NCBI GenBank assembly: GCA_023262965.1
Contig: JALQXX010000005.1
Location: 1 to 59,857 of the forward strand
Direction of reading: 5' to 3'
Length of the DNA stretch: 59,857 nucleotides
Origin: Candidatus Marinamargulisbacteria bacterium
GTDB lineage: Bacteria; Margulisbacteria; Marinamargulisbacteria; UBA817
Under the pieces are notes generated by a model that saw only the letters and a list, made by a program, of their open reading frames with translations, was not told the origin of the DNA and searched no databases. Every line of letters begins with the position of its first letter. The stretch's first letter is position 1. Made by a program: the position numbers and the translations under genes. Of the stretch, positions 1 through 9,852 are shown piece after piece.

Positions 1-122
1 CCCGTACCTTCATACCAATAACTGTATCAACGGTGGGCTCGTTATGTCAATGCATTATGCAGACCCCATACTACTGACCATCGTTTGTGGGTAACGTTTA
101 TCATAGTGCTATCTCAGTTTGT

Positions 123-611
123 GTTTTTATCGTGGTGTTCTTAGAAATTTAGCCGTTTCAGGATGGCAATGGTCGGTTGAGCCGTGTGTTGACAACGTTG
201 CTTTTACGTCGTGCCGGTTATGCCTATGCGCCATATAGCTCACTGGAAAGCGTGATCGAGAAAAACAAAGAAGGCTACTATCTGGCCTTACACCAGACGC
301 AAGTCACAATTCGCACTGAAAACCCGGACTGAAAACCTTGGCTGCAGTATTTTCTGCGGATTTTGACGCAGCAAACCCGCAATCTTGCCGAAAAGGTAGA
401 ACGCGAAAAAATACTCCTATCGAACCTGCCGGAACTATCCATACAAATTCTGGATCATGCACGGCAACACGGAAGGGTAACCATGGCCGATATGGTGACA
501 CTTAGCCGTGCCAACCGTAACACCATCAGAAAGCACTTTAAGGCACTGCTTGAGAAAGGCCACCTGGTATTACGCGGCAAAGGCCGTGGAAGCTGGTATG
601 AATTACCTTAA
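123..611 (+). pseudogene. Fic-family protein with C-terminal winged HTH, inactivated (5' extent unclear)
   Basis: The frame of ORF 363..611 extends upstream as VFLEI*PFQDGNGRLSR. TAG at 150-152 replaces the catalytic His of HPFxDGNGR, and a second stop (TGA 330-332) follows. The C-terminus RNTIRKHFKALLEKGHLVLRGKGRGSWY is wHTH-like. Confidence 0.85.
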
Positions 612-688
612 CTTATTGCGTCCAATTCAGCTTCCCTGCGCCGGATCAGGCCGCGTAGCGTCTTGCCGCCAGACCATCCCCATTTGCA
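608..688 (-). pseudogene. C-terminal fragment of a phage-type (GH24) lysozyme/endolysin
   Basis: Minus strand reads CKWGWSGGKTLRGLIRRREAELDAIS*, matching the GH24 C-terminal pattern W..GG..L.GL..RR.AE. An in-frame stop lies just upstream. Confidence 0.7.
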
Positions 689-730
689 GACTCATCCAGT
701 TCAGGGCATTGCAATAGGGGCGACATCACG

Positions 731-1225
731 CTACACGTCCGCCGTCTTAAATTCACTATAGCCTTCGTAAAAATAGCTCACATCAACCCCTTTCATAAAC
801 AATAATCGATCATCAATTTGGTCGGTTAAGGCACTGTTTATCAGCGCCTTAATTTCGACATCATTCACCACACTGCGCGCCATAGCTGAAAGATAGCGTT
901 CTTTATCAACCTGATTCCAATCAACAACCCGCTTAATTTCTTGCTTCAATAGTCCATCTAACCAGATGCGAGTGGCTCGGCCATTTCCCTCTCTGAACGG
1001 GTGTGCGATATTCATTTCAACATAATTTTGGATAATCGCATCAAAATCACTCTGAGGCATCGCATCAATAGACTCTAATGCCGCTTTAAGGTACATCACT
1101 GGCATAAATCGAAACGTACCCTTTGAACTATTTTTATCACGAATTTTTTATGAAAAGTCATAAATATCGCCAAAAAAATACGCGTGAATATACGAAAGCC
1201 CCTTAAACGTACCAACCGTAACCAT
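731..1225 (-). pseudogene. Fic-family adenylyltransferase (small, NmFic-like) with an in-frame stop
   Basis: HPFREGNGR motif is intact in ORF 731..1105. The upstream in-frame sequence MVTVGTFKGLSYIHAYFFGDIYDFS*KIRDKN is interrupted by TAA at 1148-1150. Confidence 0.8.
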
Positions 1226-1585
1226 GTTGATCATTCATAGTATGGGTAATCATTATGTAGCAGCTGATTCATTAGAGCAATACGCCCCACCACTTTGGAT
1301 AATTTCCATTCTTCACCAACTAATCCGACTCCGCTCAAGGAACCATTCGCCGATGGCTAATCGGAATCGAGCCACGTCGAAGAGCCTCTCAATTGTCACA
1401 TTGATACCCACTCTGGCAAAAAATTGATCCGTATGGCTTAAACCTTTTAGAAATCAGCAGGATGGCTCAATAGGCGTCGGTTTCAGAGAAGCGATCCGTC
1501 GTGCAATCCTTGGACACAACATTAAATGGACGAAACGTCCTTTGTCGAATAGCATTTGAGTTGCGCATTATCTCACAAAAACAGT

Positions 1586-2719
1586 TCACAACATATACCG
1601 CCTCATTATAAATATGCCCAAACGGTGTAATATCGTGCTTATCAGCATGATAGTCCATCGTGCATAAAACGCTTGATTTTTAACATAGATCATTGCAAAC
1701 TCGATCTCTGGCACCCCACCCCTCAATCGTTTAAAGCCACTTGCCCCTGAACTTAAATTCAGCAATTTATTTTCCATAATCGATTTTTGAATAACAATAC
1801 TCATGAGCTGCCGATACAAACCTTCTTTTTGTGGAAGTGCTGTATCATAGCCAACAATAGGTGCTGTTAATACACCGTTTTTTTCAAAAATCCCAATAAA
1901 GCCATCTAATTGTCCCGACTGATTTCTCAATCCATAGTACTGAATCGAGTTTGTTTTATGCCAATACGCCAATATACGACTTGTAAAAGCAGGGTTATGT
2001 TGAGAATGTTTATCCAAATACAATTTATTGTAAAGTGACCCAATTCGGCCAAAATCACTTTGTTGAAAACTGTCATGCTCCACAAGAATATACCCCTTTC
2101 TAGAGACTAACTTTGCATCAAGCTTATTGTTGTATTTATCCTTAAAGTTATTTTTTTTTGGATCAAACAAATACACTTGACGTGTTGGAATTGGAACATA
2201 GCCCACATCCTTAAGTCTTTCGATAATGGGTTCATTTGTATACTTGTTCAGTGATCTAAAAAGAATATAGTGATCCGGAAATACAGATAGTACCTGTGTC
2301 GTTAATTCATCTAAATCATCATAACGGTCTTTTAAATACAAGTTTGTGGATAGCATCCAGTTGTTTATTTGAACAACCCGATTAATCTTAATTATTTTAA
2401 GTATATGATTAAACAAAAAAATAATGCCTCTTAAAAATATCTTTAGCAAAAAATTAGGGACTTTTTCGACTTCTTGATATGCATACGGAATAAATGCTGT
2501 ATAAAGAGAGCACACATAAGCATTTTCATATTCATCATTATTGATACTGACAGGAAAAGCTGCCCTCATCGTACTCACAACCCAACAGTCTGTCTCAACA
2601 TTCCGAATAAGCGACTGAGAGTTCCCTGTTAGAAACAAATCAAAATAACTACCCAACTGAGACACTTTAGTTTTTGTAATTGACCAACTCAATGGCATCT
2701 CCATTCCATTCAATATCAC
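1586..2719 (-). CDS. GNAT/FemAB-like fold protein
   Basis: C-terminal TAPIVGYDT...GLYRQL...LNLSSGASGFKRLRG pattern; last gene of an overlapping operon; start uncertain. Confidence 0.65.
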   Translation of the reverse strand: MILNGMEMPLSWSITKTKVSQLGSYFDLFLTGNSQSLIRNVETDCWVVSTMRAAFPVSINNDEYENAYVCSLYTAFIPYAYQEVEKVPNFLLKIFLRGIIFLFNHILKIIKINRVVQINNWMLSTNLYLKDRYDDLDELTTQVLSVFPDHYILFRSLNKYTNEPIIERLKDVGYVPIPTRQVYLFDPKKNNFKDKYNNKLDAKLVSRKGYILVEHDSFQQSDFGRIGSLYNKLYLDKHSQHNPAFTSRILAYWHKTNSIQYYGLRNQSGQLDGFIGIFEKNGVLTAPIVGYDTALPQKEGLYRQLMSIVIQKSIMENKLLNLSSGASGFKRLRGGVPEIEFAMIYVKNQAFYARWTIMLISTILHRLGIFIMRRYML

Positions 2720-3833
2720 TCGTTGAGGTTTTTTCGATTGATTCCCCTCGCAACAAGGCTTTTAAGCTCATAAATACCAAGCAATACAACTGATAAATTG
2801 TTGGAAAAAAATCCTTAGTCTCACAGATAATATCTTTAGACAACCAAAAATCTAAAATCGTTTTTTTCAAGCCAACGCATCGAGCTTGTTTCCCAAAAGT
2901 CAACAGCATAACTAGTTTTATACTTGCATTTGGCCCATCTGGTTCAATAAAGCTTGAATTCGTTGAATCTACATAAGCCGCTGATAGTCGAGCCTTCTCC
3001 GAAAATAAATGTATCCCACTAGTAAGCCTTGGATTACACTCCAAAACATAAATTTCACCGCAATAACTGCGAATAAAATCGAAGGAAATTTGTCCTGTAA
3101 AGTTTAGCTCTCTTACTATCTCAGAACAAAATTGATTGATTTCAAAACACTGTTTTCTCTCAAAGAAAACCCCTGCCCCTGTCTTGTATCGATACTTTGG
3201 ATGATAAACCACACAAGAAATCAATCTCCCATCCTGGGATATAGCAAACGCACATAATTCCTCACCATCTACCCTTTTTTGTGCAATCCATTTTTTATCA
3301 AGTGTGTTGAGAACCCTACTCTTGTCTTTTTCAGAAGGGTGAAGCACAGTCTCTTCTCCAAATCTAGAAAAAGATGGCTTAAGCACATAATTGTTGAGCG
3401 ATATCTTCGATAGATCGTCTGCATCCTGGATCAAAATCGTATGAGGCGCTCTAATTTGAAACGTCTCTGTGAGCTGTGAAAACACATACTTATTATGCAG
3501 TTTTTCTAGTTTAGAAAACGCATCACAAAAATAGCGACATTGTTTAGGTAAGTAGGGCTTTATCTTTGAAAAATAAAAAATCTCTTCACATGTAGGCACA
3601 ACCAAATCAATCGCATGCTGAACAATTATTTCAGATAAATATTCAGCAAATTTTACCACATTTACACAAGGGGCCGGTCCTACAAACGTCTTTTGTACAT
3701 ACTTAGACGAAAAGGCGATTGCGGGATGTACACTATCAAATACTGAAACCGCATGACCCTCTTTTCCAAGTAAGCGACATAGCGCCAATGTAGCAGGTCC
3801 TCTCGCACCTAAAAGCAAAATTCGTTTAGTCAT
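2667..3833 (-). CDS. ATP-grasp domain protein
   Basis: VLKPSFSRFG, WIAQKRVDG and GQISFDF...VLECNPRLTSG ATP-grasp motifs. Confidence 0.85.
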   Translation of the reverse strand: MTKRILLLGARGPATLALCRLLGKEGHAVSVFDSVHPAIAFSSKYVQKTFVGPAPCVNVVKFAEYLSEIIVQHAIDLVVPTCEEIFYFSKIKPYLPKQCRYFCDAFSKLEKLHNKYVFSQLTETFQIRAPHTILIQDADDLSKISLNNYVLKPSFSRFGEETVLHPSEKDKSRVLNTLDKKWIAQKRVDGEELCAFAISQDGRLISCVVYHPKYRYKTGAGVFFERKQCFEINQFCSEIVRELNFTGQISFDFIRSYCGEIYVLECNPRLTSGIHLFSEKARLSAAYVDSTNSSFIEPDGPNASIKLVMLLTFGKQARCVGLKKTILDFWLSKDIICETKDFFPTIYQLYCLVFMSLKALLRGESIEKTSTSDIEWNGDAIELVNYKN

Positions 3834-5121
3834 CTAACTTGTTTTGAATCCGATAATATTTTTGAAGAATAGACGGATTTTTGACCCATTGTTTAAACAG
3901 AATCTTGGTAGGCACCACTTGAAATTTGTCAAAAAGCAACTCCAGAGCCTTCCTCACCTGAATTTGAATTTTGGGCGTATTTGGAAGCAACAACACTTCC
4001 AATGTTTCCTGAGCCACGCGTCTTACCTCATATTCTTCAATATCTACAGAACAAGCCAATATAGCGCGTTCTATAAAATCAGGATATATAACCGTTTTGG
4101 CATGGGATTGGATCTTGCTTTGAAAATATAGCAAGTCATTTTGTCGACCCTCGATTGATGAAATTGCAAGGTTAGGAGAGCCACATCGGCATTGGCCCTT
4201 ATATTCGTGCAAAATATCATCTAATAAATAGTTGACAAACGGTTGAGACTTACGTGTGAAATCAGTAATTATTGGCATAAACCTATCCTGATTTTCATCA
4301 AGATATTTTTTGTCAAATCTAATATACTCTTCGTTTAGATGAATCGTTCCATATTGACAAGAAATACCCAAAAAACCCTCCGTACATTGATATATTTGAA
4401 GTATTTTTTTATTAAAAAAGCACTCTAAATAAATTCTGTCAATTTCTGACAATGTTTCAGCAACAGAAAAAATTTTTCCAGGTGATATTTTTATCTTTTT
4501 CGATTGCAGCGCCTTTACAATTTCTTTCAAAATAGACGGCGGGGCCACCAATATTGTTGGATTATAGTCAAGCAAATCGGATACCAGCTGATCAAAGGGG
4601 CGCATTAAATCAAAAAATTTAAATTGAATGCCATTTCCCTGCCCCACAGTTTCATACAAATTGTTATTGGCTCTTAGAAACAGGGCCACTCTATTTGACT
4701 TAAATAGTGACCAACCCAGTACTTTTGACGCCATAATTGAAGCCCATTGATTCTGCTCCTGTTTTGAGACTAAAAATACAGAGCGCTTACCGCTTGTGCC
4801 GGTTGATAGTCCGACAGAAATACCATTACTAACAGTGTCGTTAAAATCCCTGGTCTGTTCCATGCGATGGGCTTGTGCCAAGCAATCTTTCAGTGTGCAC
4901 CCAACGGTATTTATCTCGTTAAAAGAATCCAGCATATCCTGTTTTGTGATAATGGGAAGCTGCGAAAAAGATGTATAGGTTTCATAATACCTAGCGTTTT
5001 TCCTGAGCCATCTAAAAAAAATTCTTAATCGTTTATTTTGATAGGCCAACAACTGACGCCTCGTCTTAAAGGCTCTTCTTTTAGCCAATAAAAACAAAAG
5101 AAACAGCTTAATCTTTCTCAT
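3826..5121 (-). CDS. Adenylate-forming enzyme, coenzyme F390 synthetase/PaaK-like
   Basis: LSTGTSGK P-loop, QIYQCTEG, C-R-C-G and IEGRQND motifs. Confidence 0.85.
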   Translation of the reverse strand: MRKIKLFLLFLLAKRRAFKTRRQLLAYQNKRLRIFFRWLRKNARYYETYTSFSQLPIITKQDMLDSFNEINTVGCTLKDCLAQAHRMEQTRDFNDTVSNGISVGLSTGTSGKRSVFLVSKQEQNQWASIMASKVLGWSLFKSNRVALFLRANNNLYETVGQGNGIQFKFFDLMRPFDQLVSDLLDYNPTILVAPPSILKEIVKALQSKKIKISPGKIFSVAETLSEIDRIYLECFFNKKILQIYQCTEGFLGISCQYGTIHLNEEYIRFDKKYLDENQDRFMPIITDFTRKSQPFVNYLLDDILHEYKGQCRCGSPNLAISSIEGRQNDLLYFQSKIQSHAKTVIYPDFIERAILACSVDIEEYEVRRVAQETLEVLLLPNTPKIQIQVRKALELLFDKFQVVPTKILFKQWVKNPSILQKYYRIQNKLDD

Positions 5122-5932
5122 AAAAAGTCAATTTCCCCAACGCTTTCAAATCATGAGTAGGTAATAGTGTCAACTGAGGACAAGCTTTTGCTAATGCGTG
5201 CAATTGCTTAAACGTTTGCTTATACACGGCCCAATCATCCTTAATAAATCGTACGATTGATGGGGGCAACCTATTTTCCATTATTGCACCAATCGACCAA
5301 GCTGCATCAGACACTAAAAATGTATTAATTTGTGGAAGGTACAGTCCATACTGCCCCTTGGCATGTCCAGGCAGATGAATAAGAATTAGATCGTCTTCCG
5401 GAAAAAGAGAAAACCCTTCCGAAAATAGAGGTAGCCCCGTTTTTACTTTGGGAAATGTTTCAATAAATCTAAAATAAGCGTTTTTTGCAGGCAATAATTC
5501 TTTAAAACAAGTTTTTTTAATTAAGCCTAATCGAGACAACCCCTTAACCGATTCAACAGCACTTTTTGAACACACAATATCTTTATCTGGATAACCAACA
5601 ATATCTCCTAAATGATCTGTATGAAAGTGAGATAGAACAACATATGTAATATCAGCCATAGAAACGCCCTTATTGGCCAGCTGACTGACCAAGTCTTCAT
5701 TTGCCCCTAATGACATTGGTGTCACTAAGTTATAAAGCCTATTGGGGAATTTAGCACCATATTTTAATGCTAACTGACCATATCCCATATCAAATAAGAC
5801 ATACTCTCCACTATGTCGTTTAATCAAAAAAGAAAGTGCTGGAAATGGTATCATTTTTAAACGACCACCTCGAATGCTGCAGGCTTCAAGCTGAGAACAA
5901 TATCCACACTGAAAAACGGAGAGCTGGGTCAT
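5108..5932 (-). CDS. Metallo-beta-lactamase-fold hydrolase
   Basis: SHFHTDH (HxHxDH), PGHAKG, SDAAW and PTHD motifs. Confidence 0.9.
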   Translation of the reverse strand: MTQLSVFQCGYCSQLEACSIRGGRLKMIPFPALSFLIKRHSGEYVLFDMGYGQLALKYGAKFPNRLYNLVTPMSLGANEDLVSQLANKGVSMADITYVVLSHFHTDHLGDIVGYPDKDIVCSKSAVESVKGLSRLGLIKKTCFKELLPAKNAYFRFIETFPKVKTGLPLFSEGFSLFPEDDLILIHLPGHAKGQYGLYLPQINTFLVSDAAWSIGAIMENRLPPSIVRFIKDDWAVYKQTFKQLHALAKACPQLTLLPTHDLKALGKLTFYEKD

Positions 5933-6915
5933 GATTGAGAGCTATTTACGTACTCGGAGATCGCATCTTCAACCGAAGCCCTTGGCGCATACCCTAATTG
6001 CTTTTTTGCCTTTTGAATATTAAATGTCTGTGAATATGAAACGATTCCTAATGAATATCGTGTAAGAACAGGTTCAATACCCGTTAGTCGAGCCAGTGAT
6101 TCATCGACACTCGCCTTCATATACGCTATAGGATACGGAATATGCCGAAATTGATACCCTACATTAAGCGCCTTTAGAACCTTAGATAATAGCGATGTTA
6201 TCGAATGCGACACTCCATTTGTAATATTAAAACTCTCTCCCTCAAGACGCTTAGGCGCTTCTAACGCCAATTGAATAGCCAAAACAACATTATCGACATG
6301 TGTAACATCAACCATTGCACGTCCCTGATTAATTAAAAGAAGCTTCCCCTTTTTTAAAGATCGTAATATTCTTGGCATGATAGCGGCATCTCCTGCTCCA
6401 ACAATAGCCTTAGGCCTCAAAACGATGCTGGGCAATCCCTGCGTCTTAAATGAATAGAGTACTTTTTTTTCCGATATTAACTTAGAATTTGAATAAAAAT
6501 TGACCTGGTTTTTAGGAATATATGATGACTCAGTCAATTGCTCACGGTTTTTGAAATCAAAATAGATGCTCGGGGATGAAATATGGATAAATCTCCGCAC
6601 ATTTCTACTAAGTGCAAAATTTATGCAGTTTTGTGTTGCTACTATATTAGAGTCATGGAATTCCTTCTTTTTACCCCAAGGAGAAGAGAATCCTGCACAA
6701 TGCACAAAATCATAGGCCGCTATAGGTAATCGATCCAGTACATCCGAACAACTAAGGTCCCCCGATATAAACCGAATTCCGTTTCTTTCAAAAAAAGTGC
6801 TTAGCTGAGTTTTACGTCCCAATGCGTATACTTCATATCCCAACGATTTTAGGTAAAGCGCCGTTCTCTTACCAAGAAATCCCGTTGCACCTGTTACGAT
6901 AACGGTGTTTTTCAT
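5929..6915 (-). CDS. NAD-dependent epimerase/dehydratase (3-beta-HSD/OleD-like extended SDR)
   Basis: TGATGFLG Rossmann motif, SSPSIY, and YSNSK (YxxxK). Confidence 0.9.
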   Translation of the reverse strand: MKNTVIVTGATGFLGKRTALYLKSLGYEVYALGRKTQLSTFFERNGIRFISGDLSCSDVLDRLPIAAYDFVHCAGFSSPWGKKKEFHDSNIVATQNCINFALSRNVRRFIHISSPSIYFDFKNREQLTESSYIPKNQVNFYSNSKLISEKKVLYSFKTQGLPSIVLRPKAIVGAGDAAIMPRILRSLKKGKLLLINQGRAMVDVTHVDNVVLAIQLALEAPKRLEGESFNITNGVSHSITSLLSKVLKALNVGYQFRHIPYPIAYMKASVDESLARLTGIEPVLTRYSLGIVSYSQTFNIQKAKKQLGYAPRASVEDAISEYVNSSQS

Positions 6916-7916
6916 ACATGTAACTCCAGGATTATACCGCCAAGGCTAACCCCTGCAGCAGTTCCACATAACAGTATTTTTTTGTTCGGTTTAAGTAAGT
7001 CATTTTGGAATGCTACGGATAATGCTGTCGGTAAAGAAGCTGACACTTGATTCCCAAAATCTTCAACAATAGACAACACCTTACTTGAGTCTATTCCTAG
7101 ATGTTTAGTCATTAATTTCAGAGCTGCAGGACTGGCTTGGTGGGGAATAAATAAATCAATATCTTCCAATAATTGATTCGCCTCTTTCAAAAGAGCAAAC
7201 AAAAAGTTTAAAAACAGCTTAGACGTTTTTTTATAGAGCTTGCTCCCATCCATTTTAAAATAATGATGTTCAGCCACATGATCTGGATCAACAACAATAT
7301 TCAACCCTGATCCACCCCCTCTTATCTCACATAACGTTGTATTTGGGTGAGTTTCAAATGAGTATCCACTCATTGAAAATGGAATCGCTCGTTCATGCAA
7401 TGGATATTTACTAATAAGTATCGCAGCCGCACCATCACCAAATAATGCATGTGTTTTTATATCTCGATCATCTAATGCAATATGACTTCTTTCAGATGAA
7501 ACAATCAAAATAGTTTCATACACACCGCTGGTAATATACATACACGCCATGTGAAAAGCTGACAAAAAACTTAAACAAGTTGTATTAATATCAATAGCTG
7601 GGATCGGACTATCCGTATGTAAACGATCTAGTATGTGAGAAGCATTATTGGGGATGGCTTGATGACTTGTCGCTGAAGCAGACAGCAGACAGTCTATACT
7701 ATTTTTATTTAAATTAAAATTTTTTAAAAGATATTTTATTGCAGTTTCTGACATATCGATAGCCGTTTCTTCTACTCCATAATACCTTGTTTTAACGCCA
7801 GAGCTTGCATTATGCGACCCAATTGGTACACCACACTTTTTATCTAAATTCTCAGATGACACCTTCGTTTTTGGCGTCATATGACTAATTCCTGAAATAT
7901 ATAGCATTTCAATCAT
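6912..7916 (-). CDS. 3-oxoacyl-ACP synthase III (FabH)-like condensing enzyme
   Basis: Cys-His-Asn triad (INTTCLSF, FIPHQAS, FGNQVSAS) and FGDGAAA. Confidence 0.9.
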   Translation of the reverse strand: MIEMLYISGISHMTPKTKVSSENLDKKCGVPIGSHNASSGVKTRYYGVEETAIDMSETAIKYLLKNFNLNKNSIDCLLSASATSHQAIPNNASHILDRLHTDSPIPAIDINTTCLSFLSAFHMACMYITSGVYETILIVSSERSHIALDDRDIKTHALFGDGAAAILISKYPLHERAIPFSMSGYSFETHPNTTLCEIRGGGSGLNIVVDPDHVAEHHYFKMDGSKLYKKTSKLFLNFLFALLKEANQLLEDIDLFIPHQASPAALKLMTKHLGIDSSKVLSIVEDFGNQVSASLPTALSVAFQNDLLKPNKKILLCGTAAGVSLGGIILELHV

Positions 7917-7917
7917 A

Positions 7918-7952
7918 TGACATATTATTGAGCGCCGCTCAATAATATGTCA
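7918..7952. promoter_or_regulatory. Perfect 17-bp inverted repeat, candidate TetR operator over the operon promoter
   Basis: TGACATATTATTGAGCG-C-CGCTCAATAATATGTCA fills the tetR-fabH gap. On the minus strand it spans TTGACA-N18-AATAAT. Confidence 0.7.
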
Positions 7953-8552
7953 AGACTCTTTTTCAACTGTTATTCCATTAAGATAGCTTTCAACAAATGT
8001 ATCAATAATTTTTTCATATGTTTGAGAGGTTACCAAATCAAGTTTTTGATGTTCTTTAATTAAAGCAAGTCCTTGCAGGTTTGACCAAAAAATTATTGCA
8101 GATAATTCAATTTTTTCCGTAGAAATATTTGGAATTTTTTTAAACTCTTTTGAAATAGCATCTAGGATATTGCAAATTTTTTCTTGATACCAGTCAGGCA
8201 CTGACTTAGAAGGCGTCTGTGTAGAAATTAAAAAATTCCACAATAAATTATTTTCATTTATGTAGTTGAAAAAAATATGAGTTAGCTCATTAATTGATTT
8301 TTGAAAGTTTTTTTTTGATAGGTCGGGAGTTAAAAAACATTCAAGTAACCGTTCTAAAATAACTGACTTAACATGAAAAACGAAATTATCGTAGCTGGGA
8401 AAAATATTATATACAGTGCCAATCGAGACATTTGACAGTCGAGACAGCTCTCTCATTGTAACGTTTGAATGGCCGCTATTAATTATAGATAACCCATACT
8501 CGACTAACTTTTTTTTATACGCATCCTTCTGATATTTCGTTTGCCGTGCCAT
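7950..8552 (-). CDS. TetR/AcrR family transcriptional regulator
   Basis: N-terminal HTH VTMRELSRLSNVSIGTVYNIF and WHG-like C-terminal FWSNLQG. Confidence 0.9.
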   Translation of the reverse strand: MARQTKYQKDAYKKKLVEYGLSIINSGHSNVTMRELSRLSNVSIGTVYNIFPSYDNFVFHVKSVILERLLECFLTPDLSKKNFQKSINELTHIFFNYINENNLLWNFLISTQTPSKSVPDWYQEKICNILDAISKEFKKIPNISTEKIELSAIIFWSNLQGLALIKEHQKLDLVTSQTYEKIIDTFVESYLNGITVEKES

Positions 8553-8614
8553 CTGTTGTTATTATGACTCATTTATTCTATAAAAACACTTAGTATTTTA
8601 AAGCAATGTAATAT

Positions 8615-8666
8615 ATGGATTCAATCCCGGGTATCCCCATGCTGCTTTCACACGAATCTGCATGTG
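8615..8666 (+). repeat. 52-bp direct repeat, copy 1 (intergenic)
   Basis: ATGGATTCAATCCCGGGTATCCCCATGCTGCTTTCACACGAATCTGCATGTG; 50/52 identical to 10305-10356. Confidence 0.95.
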
Positions 8667-8738
8667 TATTCCGCAATAGCACATGTGTTTCAAAAACCCC
8701 TGTCTTTAACGTATACTATTTTTAATAGGACAAAGAAA

Positions 8739-9155
8739 ATGTCAGAAAAAAAAGAGGCGTTAAACGTAACTGCATTTCGTAAAGCCATTCGTACATTTAC
8801 CGATGCGCTCCATGAATACAATAAAGATGAAACCAATACTTTTGTTCGGGATTCCGTTATTCAACGATTTGAATATTGTTATGACTTATCTAAGAAAATG
8901 CTCATTAGACACTTAAAAAATATGGGGGAAAGTGACATCGATACCCAGTCATTAGCCACTATTGTCCGATTGGGCGCTAAAAAGGGAGTATTGTTACACA
9001 GTTGGGATGTATGGAGCCACTATAAAGACAATCGAAATGCGACCTCCCATGGCTATGATGAAGACGTGGCCATTAAAATTATCTCTCAACTGGATGGTTT
9101 TTCAGAAGAATTAAATTATTTTTTAAAAAAACTTTGTGATTATTATGGAGAATAA
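8739..9155 (+). CDS. HEPN-domain toxin (HI0074-type nucleotidyltransferase substrate-binding family)
   Basis: RDSVIQRFEYCY and RNATSH (Rx4H) motifs. ATG 8739 follows TTCAAA-N17-TATACT (8689-8717) and an AGGA RBS. Confidence 0.85.
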   Translation: MSEKKEALNVTAFRKAIRTFTDALHEYNKDETNTFVRDSVIQRFEYCYDLSKKMLIRHLKNMGESDIDTQSLATIVRLGAKKGVLLHSWDVWSHYKDNRNATSHGYDEDVAIKIISQLDGFSEELNYFLKKLCDYYGE

Positions 9156-9459
9156 TATTGATATCACACCGGAACACTATCAACACATTCATGATATTTT
9201 GAACCGGCATTTACCAAATTCCTGCACGGTCTGGGCATTTGGTTCACGGGCCAACCATACTGCCCAACCCTATTCTGATTTAGACATAGCACTTGATGCA
9301 GGCGATAAACTCGATTTCACCATCATCACGCAATTAAAGGGCGCTTTTGAAGAGTCGCGATTACCGTATACCGTAGATGTGATCGACATGCACCGTGTCG
9401 AACCGTATTTTAGAGAGATTGTTGATAACCAAAAGGTCCTATTTCGACGCATTCCGTGA
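9145..9459 (+). CDS. Minimal nucleotidyltransferase (MNT) antitoxin
   Basis: FGSRA...SDLD...VDVID motifs; overlaps the HEPN gene. Confidence 0.85.
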   Translation: MENNIDITPEHYQHIHDILNRHLPNSCTVWAFGSRANHTAQPYSDLDIALDAGDKLDFTIITQLKGAFEESRLPYTVDVIDMHRVEPYFREIVDNQKVLFRRIP

Positions 9460-9510
9460 AGTGCTCCCCCTCTAGACACGGGCATCATCCGCAGGCTATA
9501 ATCCCATTAT

Positions 9511-9852
9511 ATGGGCGGGACAATCATGGATATTATTGTAGTCGTAACATTATTGGGCATTGTGATGCCGTTAATGATACCTGTAAACCTGTATTGGAAC
9601 AATCATAATTCATCACACACGCTTGTTGGCATCACCGCCTTTTATACCAAACTATCGGCTATCAATAACCACGTGGAAACCCAATTAGTCATTCATAATC
9701 AGCAACTCAATGCCAAATACCCCGTTCCGTTTGACAACTGCCGCATTCGATTTTCACCAAATGGCACATCCCGTGAATCCGATAGCTGTCATGGCATCAA
9801 TCACACCTTAACATTACGGCCCGGCGAAGGGGGTATCGGATACCCATGGTAA
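9511..9852 (+). CDS. Prepilin-like protein (FimT/GspH-like, degenerate)
   Basis: MG|GTIMDIIVVVTLLGIV hydrophobic N-terminus, IRFSPNG motif and a C-terminal Cys pair. Confidence 0.55.
   Translation: MGGTIMDIIVVVTLLGIVMPLMIPVNLYWNNHNSSHTLVGITAFYTKLSAINNHVETQLVIHNQQLNAKYPVPFDNCRIRFSPNGTSRESDSCHGINHTLTLRPGEGGIGYPW

Larger units (their letters stand above)
1586..8614. mobile_element. AT-rich, probably horizontally acquired biosynthetic island
   Basis: Visibly more AT-rich than the flanks, bordered by decayed Fic/lysozyme fragments on the left and a duplicated 52-bp segment plus TA module on the right. No integrase or transposase in the window. Confidence 0.5.

Noticed and set aside
1226-1585. 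Possible gene fragments: IDPYGL (RHS-like) on plus, RIALMNQLLH (HsdM-like) on minus
   Set aside because: Matches are too short, spacing is non-canonical and flanks give no support.
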